From: Marsupella aquatica
Lineage: Eukaryota > Plantae > Marchantiophyta
Assembly (NCBI GenBank): GCA_973895155.1
Contig: OZ316897.1
Span: forward strand, 13,143,375 to 13,207,374
Direction of reading: 5' to 3'
DNA length: 64,000 nt
Positions within the stretch are counted from its first letter, which is position 1, and each line of letters starts with the position of its first letter. Positions 47,694-61,000 of the stretch are shown piece after piece. Below the pieces are notes generated by a model. The model worked only from the letters and a program-made list of their open reading frames with translations, ran no database searches and had not been told where the DNA came from. The position numbers were made by a program, and so were the translations under genes.

Positions 47694-49073
47694 CTCAAAA
47701 TGAAGATTCTCATTGAGAAAAAAGCGACATCGGATAATGATGAATGTTCAATGAGAAACAAGTCAAAAAAATCAATGCAATCTCATCGGTTGGGAGCTAT
47801 TTTTTAAATTTAAATTTGGTGGGCAGCTTTGGGCAGATCACTGGCAGCATGGCGAGCAAGCTTTGCGCAGATTCGGGCTGACGCACTCCTTATCAAGCAC
47901 GCATTAGAAAGGACTGAACAGGCCCCTAGAGGCCTAGAGCATGCTAGGGAGTTGCTACTCTACCCTTTGTTGGTTGGGTCAACTTTTGGTGTCAAGGCAA
48001 GAAAGACAGGCCCTTAAGATCTTATCTTGTGTACTTGATGGACCATGGAGATTGATTTGACAGGACTTGACCAGGCTCTTCCGATTGTCAACATGGAAGA
48101 AATCCAATAATGACAGTAAGTCCACTTAAGTCCAAGCTACAAGCAGTCCCTCAAGAATTTGTCTCCGCTCCACAGGGTTTTAAAAATTTAAAAATTTAGA
48201 TTTTACTCTGTGTGAACCTCAGTGATGGGGACCGGGGGACCCAGTAGGCCAAAAGGCAAGATTGCAAAAGAACTTACAGCAAAGAGAGACAACCACAGCC
48301 AAGGTCCAATCAAAGATTCAGGCTATGGAATGTCATTTATGACTTTTTGTACCTACGCTGCCGGATGTATGAACACCCTGGGTTAAATCAACACCGCGTT
48401 AATGCGCTCCAAGTTTAGCGGCACCCCGTACGCTGCCCGTCACGAAATCCAATGCTGCCTGCCCGTTCCCCGAAGCGGCCTAGGTTTATGTTCTACCATT
48501 TCTCCTTCGACTGCCTAAACTGCGTTTCCGTCCATCGTCCGTCCGTTTTGAAATCGGGCGGGAGCGCGAACCGACTCCCCGACCCTGCCAACGCTACCCT
48601 CCCCTGCCCCGTCTCGACAGCCGACTGCTGTCGAACCCTGCGATCCCACTCAAGGGTCCACTCAAGCGCGTTTCCGGACCGCCTGCACACGAACTCACGG
48701 TAGAATGATGGCAGATTGATTTTCATTCTGAAGTGTCAGGATTGTGATGCCACTACTTTCAATGTGATCGTCATTGCAAGCAAAGGGTGCGTGTGATTCT
48801 GCCATTGCCACCTGATATCATGTTATGCCGCTGTTCATTTCCACCGGTTGGCTTTCCCCCTAAATGTTTCTGGTATTTTTCAGTTCACGTGCTCTTTGTC
48901 TTTGCGTTCATGGTACTACTTTGCAAACACGTCGCACTTCAATTTCAATTGCCCTTGCAATGCAAATGCACCCGATCGCGCGGTGTGAGTTCTGTACCAG
49001 AAATATTCGTCTTGTAGTTTATGTTCTACCAACGCCGGGGCAGGATAATTGTTGGGAGCCTTTGCGTAATCCA

Positions 49074-52000
49074 ATGAGTCATGAAACATGGGAGTATGTA
49101 CAGATTCCACCGGCTGGGAAATTTTTGTCGCTACAGATTGTTTGGAGCCCATATGACCAAGCTCTCATTCCATGGAACCGTCTCACTGATTTCAATGATG
49201 GCGAAGGCAGAAAGGATCCAAAATTTGAGAGCTCATTTCATATTAGAACCTCAAGAAAATCTAATTCAAATAACACTGATTGGATAGAATATGCCATCTT
49301 CTGGTGTTCCTATGGCCCACAAGAGGAAGACATGTGTAGTGTAGCTATTCCTCCACTGCCTGGAACAAAACCAACATCAAGAGTTGGGAGTAGACGGTCA
49401 AAAGCAAGCTAGAGGGGTACCAAAGGAGTCCCCAAGGACTAGCTCAAAAAGGAGAGTGAAAGGAGTATAAATGTCATTAAGATTTAGCTGAGCACACTCC
49501 CAAAAAGGTTGGGCACACTTCCAAAAAGATTGTGCACACTTCCAAAAAGATTGGGCACTCTTCTTAAATTCCGAAATATGTGGACACACTTCCAAAGATT
49601 TGGCATGCAAGATCTTACCTTTCAATCTCACCAAAACAATCATGGCCATTCCATGTAACATTTTGGTCTTTTTGTCCTCTAGTGATTGCTTTTACCAAGG
49701 ACCTATGTCCTTTTGGTGGAGAAAATGGAGATCCTTTCAGTACCCCTCTAGCTTGCACTTGACCAGACCTAGATTACGGAAGAATGCATTCAACAACCAT
49801 GCCAAGCGAGGATGTCAGTGTCATTTCATTGTGAAGAGGATGAAAGCCAACCCTGATGATGTTCAGCTCTCCTACATAAACAGGCAAGGATGCATTCTGT
49901 CTAATTATGCATACTCCAAGTCCGTTGCAAGGTCCACGTTGACATGAATTTATGTGCTGCAGTTTAGGTTTTGCCTAATTTTGTGCACATAGTTGTTTTT
50001 ACTGTCTACCATCTTATTTTGTATGCAATGGTTTATGTTCTGTCTGTGTTCCAATTGCAGAAAGCATTGTAATCAAAGAGGGGACAAATGTTGTGCATGG
50101 CGATTGGGATCCACAATTGGGGCCGCTCTCTTGGGGACCAAAATGCAGCATTGCTCCATGGTTGACCAAAGAGATCCAAAAGCACCTTGAGGACTTATTG
50201 AGGGCAGGATGGTCCGTCCTTGATATTTATGACCTCCATTGTCAATCGCAGTTTGAAAGAGATGGTCATGATCGTGGACACAATACCACTGATCTTGGTG
50301 TGTCACTAACTTTCGATGGGAGAGACGACCTGGTTTCTAAACAAGATCTTCGAAACCTCAAACGAAAAGTTGACAAGGAGACCTGGCTATGGTCTGATAA
50401 TGACCAGGCATCAATGCGCAAATGGATGGGGATGTATCCTGAGAGAGTGCTTCTTTCACAGGAGTACATGGCAGGCCCACCAGAGCAGGAATTCATACTT
50501 TCATTGCAGTCACCTTGGCAAAGAGCGCAGATGATCACCCTATCTCATGGATCAGTTTTGGCATTAGATAGTACCTTTGCAACTAATAAATATGGGGTAT
50601 GTAATTAGCATTTCATCTCCTCAAGATCTCCATTTCATTGCATTCCATGTCTTCTAGTTCATGTTTTGCCATCTTCATATGTTTTCTTGTGTTTGCTCCT
50701 TCAATTATGGTTCATGTTCTGCCCATCACACCTATTTGACCATGCGACTTCATTTTGTATCTTTGTTGAAGTTCATGTTTTGCCATCTTCATATGTTTTG
50801 TTGTGTCTATCCCTTCTGTTATAGTTCATGTTCTGCTCTTCATATTATTTGTTTCTAGTATTATAGTTCATGTTCTGCCATGTGACCTATTTCATTTGAT
50901 GTCTTGTAGTTCATGTTCTGCCATGTCACTACACAATGTACTTGAGTTCATTATTTGTCTTCTAGTTCATGTTCTGCCTTTCTAACCCCAGTGCGGTTGC
51001 AGTTCCCTTTCTTCATGCTCGTTGCTTTTGATCAACACCAGATGGGATTACCCATAGCATGGTGCATCCAGCAGTCTGAATCAGTTGAGCACATCGCTAC
51101 TTTTTTGAAGGCAGTAAAGGATACAGCCTTGGCGCACAAACCTGATTGGAGTCCTAGCTGCTTCATTATTGACTGTGCTCAGGCTGAAGTCAGCGCATTG
51201 AAAGTTGTCTTTCCCGATATCCCCATTTATTTTTGCAGTTGGCATGTTTGACAGTATGTTCTTCCACATGTCAAACATTTTGTGTTGCAAGTAATGTTAC
51301 CACATTTGTAACTCGACCTATGAAGTTCATGTTCTGCCCAACCCACTTACGTGTTTGTGTATACAGAGCTTGGAAGGAGAATTTGATCAAGACTGTACCA
51401 AATAGAACCAAGCTTCTAGATATGAACGATGATTTGGGGGATCTCATGTATGCCAATACTGAGGAAGACATGCAAGTTAAGTGGCGATCCTTCCAAGCAA
51501 AGTACCACATGGAACAACGATTCCTAGCTTATTTTGAAGACACTTGGATGCACAGAACAGGTTCATGTTCTGCCCGACCTCCTACTCATTTTTCCTTGCG
51601 ATGAGTCAAGCATATTTCTTGGCAGTTTTCTCATGATTACACCTAATTATTGTTTTTATGCATTTGTGGAATCACAGCAAAGTGGATGAGGGCTGTTCGA
51701 GACATGCCTCGAGCCAACCAGAATACAAATGGTGCAATTGAAGCTTGGCATTTAACATTGAAGAAGATGATCAAGAGGAATATTGGGTCCATTGGAGCTC
51801 TGCGTCTAGACAGGGTTGTCACTTCTTTGTACCAGGTTATGCTTCCTTTCTTTTGGTACCAGCTTCGGTGCAAAGCAAGGGGGAGAGTCATCAATTGCAA
51901 AAAGGAAGAGGTTGTCCTCAATAGCCTCCACAACGCCATGCATGCCATGAAATTCCACAAAGTCTATTTTCCTGATCCGAGCCTGCCCAACCAGGCAATA

Positions 52001-53120
52001 GTAAGAAGTGCCAAGCCTGATGGGAAGGAGCACATTGTTCGAAATATATTCTCGAACTTTCCTTCCTGTGATTGTAAATGGGCGGATGAGGGAAATATGT
52101 GTAAACATCAGATTAAGGCTCTCTTATTTAGAGGCTTCGATGGAGGTGTTCTAGTACAACAATTAGGGTCCAGGTTTGGTACTCAGCTAGATGGGTGGCA
52201 TTGACCATTTGGAACTGCTTCAACACGAAGAAACAGAGCCGGAAGGAGGACAACCAACCGGAGTCCATGAGGACACAGACATCAACCAACAACCTGAACA
52301 GGTTCATGTTCTGCAAATCTCTCAGGCTTTAAGTTTACAGAGTTTATTTAAGTTTATGTTCTACACATGTTCATGTTGACGGCGTTTGTTGCGGTTTATG
52401 TTTGACACATGTTCATGTTGACGGCGTTTGTTGAGGTTTATGTTCTACACATGTTCACGTTGACAGTGTAAGTTTAAGTTTATGTTCTGCACCTTTGTTT
52501 AATATGTTCTGCCAATGTTTGTTAGCAACATCTTACTGTAATTGTCTGTGATTCAGATTTTACAACACTCTACTGTAGCTGTTCAGAATAGAGAGCCAAA
52601 TATGAGGGCAAACTTAATCCACATTTTTGATCAGCAATTGGCTATTGTTGAAGGAGATGACTACCTCACAGAACAAGCATTCTTGGCATCACAAGTCACA
52701 CTCACCAAACTCAAAGCTCAACAACAAATGAAAGTGCTTTCAGGGAGGGCCAATATAGGTCCTGCAGATGCATTTGTAAGGCCTATAGGGCTGACATCTA
52801 AGCGTCGCTTGGGGGTTATAGATATTTACCATGGGGGCAAGAGAGGGCAGCGAACTCACGCACCATCTATACAATGTGATGAACGCCCCGTGCCATGTGC
52901 ACTGCCTTCAAAGCGTAAAGTAACTAGGGAATCTAACAGACAACATCTATGTAGGATAGGACTACAATATCAGGAAGGCAAGCGGCGGCAAAGGACTACT
53001 AATTCGTCCTTGCCAGTAGTTCCAAACCGTGTTATTCATCTTGGAGGGGGTGGTAGAGATATTGACATGAATGTCAATATCGATCTGAATGTTGTACCTC
53101 TCTTGGAAAATGATGAATAA
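49074..53120 (+). pseudogene. MULE-type transposase with a SWIM zinc finger, disrupted
   Basis: ATG 49074. Motifs ALIPWNRLTDF..GE, EYAIFWCSYGP, KRGCQCHFIVKR, LALDSTFATNKYG (D), FIIDCAQAE (D), FCSWHV, NTNGAIEAWH (E) and SWIM CDCxxxxxGNMCKHQ. Lesions: MITE at 49395-49769, frameshift ~50075, TGA at 51249-51251, frameshift ~52193. Confidence 0.88.
49395..49769. mobile_element. MITE inserted in the first MULE exon
   Basis: Imperfect TIRs ggtcaaaagcaagctagaggggtaccaaagga / tcctttcagtacccctctagcttgcacttgacc, flanked by TAGA (49391-49394 and 49770-49773). Removal restores the frame GSR-LRKNAF. Internal 21-bp repeats gcacacttccaaaaagattg. Confidence 0.78.
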
Positions 53121-53209
53121 TAACAGAAAATACCCCTTTGTTGTAACCCTTGTATATGTGTGCGGCAAAACATTGACAATGAGTCTTGTGATACACATAA
53201 TATGCGAGT

Positions 53210-53672
53210 GAATGCAAAACATGAACCATAACTCGGTCAAAAGTACACAAAACTCATGACAGAACATAAACTACTATGTCCATAATCCATGCCAGAACAT
53301 AAACCCGAGTATGTTCATGACAGAACATAAACTACTATGCACATGTTGATGACAGAACATAAACTACGATGTTCATTTTGATGACAGAACATCAACTATT
53401 CATGATGTACATGTTGATGACTGAACAGAAACCCAAGTATGTTGATGACAGAACATAAACTACGATGTTCATTTTCATGACAGAACATCAACTATGATGT
53501 ACATGTTGATGACAGAACAGAAACCCAAGTATGTTGATGACAGAACATAAACTACGATGTTCATTTTGATGACAGAACATAAACTATGATGTACATGTTG
53601 ATGACAGAACAGAAACCCAAGTATGTTGATGACAGAACATAAACTACGATGTTCATTTTGATGACAGAATAT
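53210..53672. repeat. Tandem array built on gacagaacat(a/c)aact... modules, 3' of the MULE gene
   Basis: About 15 copies of atgacagaacat / atgacagaacag in a higher-order ~90-bp pattern, cut abruptly by CACTAG at 53673. Confidence 0.9.
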
Positions 53673-54744
53673 CACTAGTAGAAAACAATGTATTTTATGA
53701 CAGAAACAATGACTATTAATCAGGTCTTTTTAACAAAACAATGACGCAATTGTTCTCGTCTTTCCAGACACGTCACAACGGACATTTTGGTCACGGTCCT
53801 TTTGGACAAATGACGCTAAAAACATGTGGTCATTTCATACTATCCTAAATCACCATTTTTATGATATGGTCATAAATGTTGAACGGTCCAAAATGACGAC
53901 ACAAATCACCATCGACGGTCAATTGCCGTTGACCGTCGATGGTCCCCGTACCCAATCACACAACGACACGTGGCAATAAAAAAACAAATAACATTGGTCA
54001 TTTTGGACTTGTCCAAAATGATGTACATTATATAACAAATCAAATAGTGACACGTGGTTCAAAGAGGATTCACCATTTGGGTCATTTTGGACGTGTCCAA
54101 AATGACTACAGTATAAACAAGTCATATTGAGACACGTGGTTCAATTGGGAGAAGACACGTAAAGATACACATTAGTCATTAATGACATGTCTTGAATGAC
54201 ATAAAGTGAGTCATAGTGGACTTGTTTATAATGACCATGAGAAAGGTCATTGTATATGTCATTCTTTGAATCATTTAGTCTATGTCTTTAATGACCAGAG
54301 TTGAGTCATATTGGTCACAAAGATAGTTGTGAATAATGACCATTACATCAGTCATTCTAGCCAGTCATTTAATCATTCAAGCCAGTCATTCAGACGAAGT
54401 ATTCAATGATTTGGAGAAATTCAAATTTAAGTGATCATGATAGATAAAACTTGATGTCAATCAAAAATCATACATTACAAAACCATTCAATAGAGTTGCT
54501 AAATGAAAACTTAAAGAAACATTCGATATATATCACAAATCCAATTGATATTCATACAAGATACCTTCATAAGTCTCACGGTAAATATTGAACTCAATGC
54601 AAATTTATGAAACAAAATTACATTGACATCAATAATATTAGATTGTCAATTGTTACAACCTGACATACCAATCACTCTGCATGTTTATAGAAAAACAGAG
54701 TTGTCATTCTATCATGTCTATTGTTTCTTGATAGAGTGCTATTT

Positions 54745-57700
54745 CTATTGCTTCTTAAGCAATCTAGAGTTCCATAGGGCATTCATCCCTTTCACATTAG
54801 ATAATTTAGACTGGTTCTCCCCTGAATTGGCAAATGGCAATGCCACATCTACAAACACTTCAATCACACGCACTCGCAAGAAAGGGCTTTCAAAATTTGC
54901 ACAATGAAACTTATCTTCTCCTGGCAGCCCTGTCACCTCACCTTCTGCCACTATCATGGAATTGTCCACAACGCTCTTCATCTTCACCAAATCTCCTCTT
55001 GCAAACTGTGAACAACACATTTTGTTAAAAATGCAATAAACAAAAATTGAAAGATAGAAGAACACTCAAATCAAACACACATTTACCTTTGCAACGGGGT
55101 TAGGAGACTGCATTGGTTTCTTCTGTGCAGGTGATGCATTTGCTGAGGATCCTTTCTTCCTTTTCTTCTTTCCCTTTCTAGTTGATGGAGTGTCATCCTG
55201 TTCACTTGGAATGGGAGTTTCTTTTGGCAACTCAGATGATTCTGGGGTTACATCTGGTGTCAACTGAGTCGACTTATCCTCTGGCAACTGAAAGGCATCT
55301 GAAATGGCTTCTTTGGGCAACTTAGATGGCAAAAGGTTCACTTCCAATTCAGTTTGCTTTAGAGTACTGTTAGCTGTGTCAGTTGGTCTTCCCTGCGACA
55401 CAGGAGGCTCCCCTAAAGATGCTGTCATAAAACACACACAAAAGAAATGCATAAACAAACATGTATACACCAGCAACATATAATCACACTAAAAACATGC
55501 AAGAACATTATAAACATGCAATGACATATACACATCACAATAATTACATTGAATGGACAGTGTATACATGATAGAGAATTTTACCTTCATTATCGCCTGA
55601 AAAAGTAAGAGATCGCTTTCTACTACCTTGTTTGGTAGTTGTAGTCAACTTACTATGACTAGGCACAACTGTTGGAACTTGTGCATTACTGGGGTGATGT
55701 GCCATCCACGTAGTCATCATGTTTGTCAACTCCCTCACAGTGCCTTTCAACTCAGCGACATCCAATTTCACAGCCCCAATGGCAGTGATCTCTTCTTTTG
55801 AATGTGGGGTCTGTAAATGAACCACAAACCAACACAACAGTCTCACTGTCAAACTTACAAACGACACAACACTGGCTCTGTCAAATGGAGAATGATGTAC
55901 AAATCAAATTGGTATGACAATACTCACAGCTGATCCATGTCTGTTTCCTTGCCCCAGTAAGCTAGCACTTTTACCCTCCCCACTTGCCAATGATGGGCTC
56001 ACCTTTGCTCCCACAAAACTACCAGTCTGACCTTCTGCACTTGCCAATGATGGGCTCATTGTCACCTTTGGCAATGAACCCTGACTACCATGGATTTCTT
56101 TCAGGTCAGATATACCTGGGCTTGATCCTCTCTTCTGCTTCTGTTCAAACACACAATGAATGAGAAATCATAGAGTTTGTTTTCATCAAGATTCACAAAC
56201 AAGACAGAATTGATAGTGAAAATGATAGACAATTTACCATTCTCTTTGCTGCTGCAGCATGCCCTCCCCTTCCAAAGTGAGAGGTATCTTGCACTCGTGC
56301 TCTTTTATCAGTCATCTATTTACTCAAAGATATCAATGCTGGACTGGTAAAATGAGATACCAAAGCTGCCCATTTCTTTGGATCAACACCAGATGGCCCA
56401 GGTTTGGTTGGATCCTCATTGCAAACTTTCTTCCAATAAACATGCATTTTATGGCGCTCTCTCTTCAATATGCCACGACAATGACTCTGGAATTTGGTGT
56501 TAATAAATTCCCCACCCACATACTCCCACTCAGCTGCCATGTTATTCCACACTGTGGTTGTATGAACTTGTGGATGATCAGTCCATTTTGGCTTTGATAC
56601 ATCAAAGACTCTGAGTACGTTGCCACGAAGTTCCTCCAGCCATTATTGTTTGTTGCCATCAGAATCATCAATATCATTGTCATAAATCTGCATTTCACAG
56701 ACAATGTCAGATCATAACTCTGGAATTTATGCAGAGTCCAGGTTTTATACACACAACAACAGAGAGGATCAGATTTGTCTAAATCTACAAACAAGTACAA
56801 TACTCACTTTAATGTGTTTGGGCACCTCTCCGCAATCCCTTCGTTGTTTGGCAGTATTATCAAACTGCTTCTTAGCATGCCTTCGTTCCCTGCGCATCTC
56901 AGAGGCCCCTCCTGCAATGCACACACATGCATTCAATCAAAAAATATGTACATGATTGAAAAGTTGAGCAAATGTACTTGCATATGCATGACGAGCAGAT
57001 TGTGTATTACCTGAAGATCCTCTGGAATGTAGTACATCAGATTGACCTGATCTGCCTTCAGATGCTGATGGAACCACTAAACAAACACACAACACCAAAG
57101 CACTTCAATTAATTTCATTTCCAAGTAGAATATCAACTTCCAAACACACCTGAAAAGTAGAACAGTACAATCCACTCACTTTCATATAAGAGTCTAGTGT
57201 CTGGGTCTTTCCAACATCTCACTAGCCCAACTCCACCAGGCCCAGTCTTCTTAGGACCACGATTTTGTTTCTGTACCTACATCATGGACAACGTAAGCAT
57301 ATCAACATATAATTTGAAAAAGGGACAAGGATCCCTTCCTATTAGGATGATGAAGTTCAAGCATTACCTGTTGTGCACTCTCTGGTTCTGACCCTCCAAT
57401 GTCAGAATCCTCAGTGTCATACTCAGAAGGAGAACCATAGCCATCATCACCAAACTCTGCCATGTTCACCTTGGTAACTTCTGATAGTCTAGAGCTCCTC
57501 CTCTTTGGCAATGTTTCAGTTGAAGTACCTTTCACCAAAGCAGGCTTTCCTCTCTCTCGTTGTACATGTGTGGTTGGGCCTCTAAGGAACAAAGCAATCA
57601 TCAACATACACCAATGCAGATCAAACATACATGCAAAATGAATCTACAACACCGTAACACTAGTACTTATGTACAGGATCCATACTAGTATGAGACCAAT

Positions 57701-57912
57701 CTGGAATATGAAAACAGAACATGAACCTGACAACTCCATCTACTGAATCAAATTTGCAATAGACATATCAACACACACATCAGCTTGCAGTCTGGCCCCA
57801 GTCCTAGATCACGCATAATTCTGACATTATGCTCTATGTTCCGATTTCGGGCCTCCTCATAAGGATTCACAGAATGTGACAACCCTTGCAATCTTCCTTT
57901 CACAGGCTGCAT
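54745..57912 (-). pseudogene. CACTA accessory (TnpA/Ptta-like) multi-exon gene with two nonsense codons
   Basis: Exon from ATG 57912 with NPYEEARNRNIEHNVRIMRDLGL. Exon ~56687-56238 with PSGVDPKKWAALVSHF and HFGRGGHA, containing TAA 56643-56645 and TAG 56316-56318. Last exon ~55005-54745 (VAEGEV...FH...LRVRV..V..DVALP...KGMNALW), typical of CACTA ORF2 C-termini. Other exon borders are approximate. Confidence 0.75.
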
Positions 57913-58010
57913 TCACCAACTGCACAAATGGGTAAACCATTAGTCTGATTTCATAAATAGTCCATACATGTAGTCCATCTATGGACTTCACACACCTAGC
58001 TAAAACCTAT

Positions 58011-61000
58011 TCACTGCTTAGGCCTGCCCTTTCTTGTAGATCCCTCTGCATCTCTGCCTCGTTTGGGACCAGTACTTGGTCCTGGATTTTCTCTGGACCT
58101 ACAGGCCTTAGCCAATTCGATGTGTAATTTGGCATTGTTTTCCATTGTAGCATAGAAATCAACGTCTGTGTAATCACCTAACACCCTTGTGGACCTGGAT
58201 TCTTTGTGGAGGATTGTTCTCCATGCTATCCCCTTCTCATTGGGGTGGAAGAAAACCTGCTCCACTTGCTTTGGGAAAACGTAATCCATTTTCTTGGACA
58301 CACCCAGTTCTCTATGGAAATTCACCTGCCAAAGACCAGACTTGGTATACCTCATACTGGCAGAGGATTTAGGAGTCCATGATGGATCTGCCCATTTCCC
58401 TTTGAAAAGAATCACCTCTTTCCTCAAGCTGCCATAATTCAGTACCAAGATATCTGTCAAGGCCCCTACATACTGTACAGATTCTTCTATGGTTGCACCA
58501 GACCTGTCCACTCGCTTCTCAATGAATGTAGAAGCCATCCCAGAATCAAAAGTGCTGAAAGCACCAGAATCACAATCACTCAAACACCCCAAGGATGGAA
58601 TAGTCCTCCAATGGTGCCCATAGGCTCTACATGCCCTATACAGTCGTGCCTTCAAACTAGGTGGTGTGGAGTATGCAGATAGTAATGACCGCTCAGACTC
58701 TTTCTCAAAATTATGGGTATTGACTAATGTTTGAAACCATTCCCTGAAAGGTGGCAATTCTTGGCAGTCTACGGGAAATTCCACTGGTTTTCTTCGATTG
58801 GCAGGCTTCCTCATCCACTCCTTCCGGAAATCCACTCTTCGTTTGGTAACAGTCTCATTGGTAGCATCATATATCCTGCATGGCAACAACAACACTGAAG
58901 ACATTAGTGCACGATCCACCATGAATATACAAACACAATGGGGCAACATAATTATGATCCATATGCCTAAGGATAGGAGAGTTTCTAGGGTTTATGTACC
59001 TGTACCATGGAGCCACTGTCTCTTCATTCTCTAATATATAATGATGCATGGCCATCATTTCAGACCAATCCAAAGTTATCGCCTTTGCAGCCCCTTCCAA
59101 AACAATGCCTGCAACGCCAGCATCCTCCTCCAACTCCCAGGTTCGTTTTCCCTCTCCCTTTGCATCAATCATGTATTCAGAAAGAAATCCCAAAGACTCA
59201 TCTAATACATAGCCTTCAGCCATAGAAGCCTCTGGACGTGCCTTGTTTCGTACATAACCCTTCAATACCTTCAGGTTCCTCTCTATTGGGTACATCCATC
59301 TGCCTGTAACTGGGCCACACAAGTCTAATTCCTCCACTAGGTGAATCATTAAATGGGTCATGACATCAAAGAAGCTTGGTGGAAAATGGATTTCCAAAAT
59401 GCAGAGAGTGAATGCAACATCCATCATCAAATTCTCATACATTGAAGGGTCCCACACCTTCGTACAGATCTGGCGATAGATATTGCTCACCCCAGCTATG
59501 GCCAAGCGAACCCCTTCATCAAGTAATCCCATTGTTGCCAGAGGGAGAATCTGTTGCATGAGTTGGTGGAAATCATGTGATTTCAACCCAGAGAGTTTCT
59601 TGGATTTTGTAACACACTTTGCCAAAGAACTTGAAAAACCAGTGGGCCCTTTCAAGGTCAATAAAACCTCCAAGAACCTTGTTCTTTCCTTCTTGCTCAG
59701 GCAATATGGGGCTGGGGGCATCAACAATTTGTCATCCTTACGCTTGGGAGTTGGATTGGGTACAAGCCATAGGTGTTGGCGCACCTGTAAGAGCTTCATG
59801 TCTTCTCTCACAGAAGGAGTGTCCTTGGTCCCAATGATAGTGTGCACAATGTTGTGTGCAAGATTCTTCTCACAGTGCATGGGATCTAGACAATGGTTAA
59901 TGAGTAGTTTCTGCAGTGGACACACAATTCAGAAATTAGGGCATTGAATACAACTTTTGGCATCACTGGGCAGTAGTTTGTGCAGTGGACACAATTCAGA
60001 AATTAGTGCATTGAATACAACAATTACAAAATCTGGGCTACAGGAAGTATATGAAGAGAATATATTTCAAAGTCATATGAAGAGATTGCAGAAATTCATT
60101 GTAGTAGTATGGAGTCTTACATTCCAATAGGGCAACTTGTACAGACCAGTAGCCCTCTTCACTCCATGCACCTTTATGGGGCATTTCTCATCCTCAACCT
60201 TGGTTCCTCCCTTCTTCAAATATTCTGTTGTCTCGTCTCCCCACTTCTTTCTATCAGAGCTTGTCATTCTACACGGTGCAGGTCGACTCTCAATTGCACC
60301 ATCAAAGTATTGTGCACTATCTGGTCTACGAAAAAGATGCCTTGCTGCTAACCATCGACGGTGGCCACTGTACTCTAATTTCTGCAAGTGCTTAGAACCA
60401 CGTGCCACACATTCTGGCCCACAGATGACACATCCTTTGTATCCAGAGTGTTGTTGTCCAGATATTAAACCATATGTAGGGTAATCATTGATTGTCCACA
60501 ATAGCACAGCCCTAAGGTTGAAGTGTTGAGACAATCCTGGGCGTGGCAATTTGTCAAAGCAGGGCACTCCTTTCTTCCACAACAGCTCCAACTCCTCATA
60601 GAATGGGCCCAATATTATGTCTAGCTGTTCCTCTGTTACTGAATCAGGTCCTGGAATCAGCATAGCTAGCATGACAAAGAACTTCTTGGTGGTAAGCCAA
60701 GGAGGTAAATTGTAATTCAACAACAGTATTGGCCAGGTAGACCAAGCTGTGGAATTATTCCCAAAGGGATTCACCCCATCAAGTGCCAACCCAAATCGCA
60801 CATTCCTTGGTTCAGCTGCAAATTCCCGATCAATATTTGTATCCACATGCTTCCAAGCCTTTGAATCTGCTGCGTGCCGAACCATGTTGTCTGTGCTTCT
60901 ATTCTCATGATGCCAAGTCATGAGTTTAGATGTACCAGCAGTGGCATACAATCTCTTCAACCTGGGAATTATAGGGAAATACCGCACTACCTTCCTTGCC

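Larger units (their letters stand above)
48380..53672 (+). mobile_element. Mutator-like element (left boundary approximate; right side interrupted by the CACTA insertion)
   Basis: Contains the MULE/SWIM transposase remnant, a GC-rich leader from ~48380 (gggttaaat) and a 3' repeat array. Confidence 0.65.
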
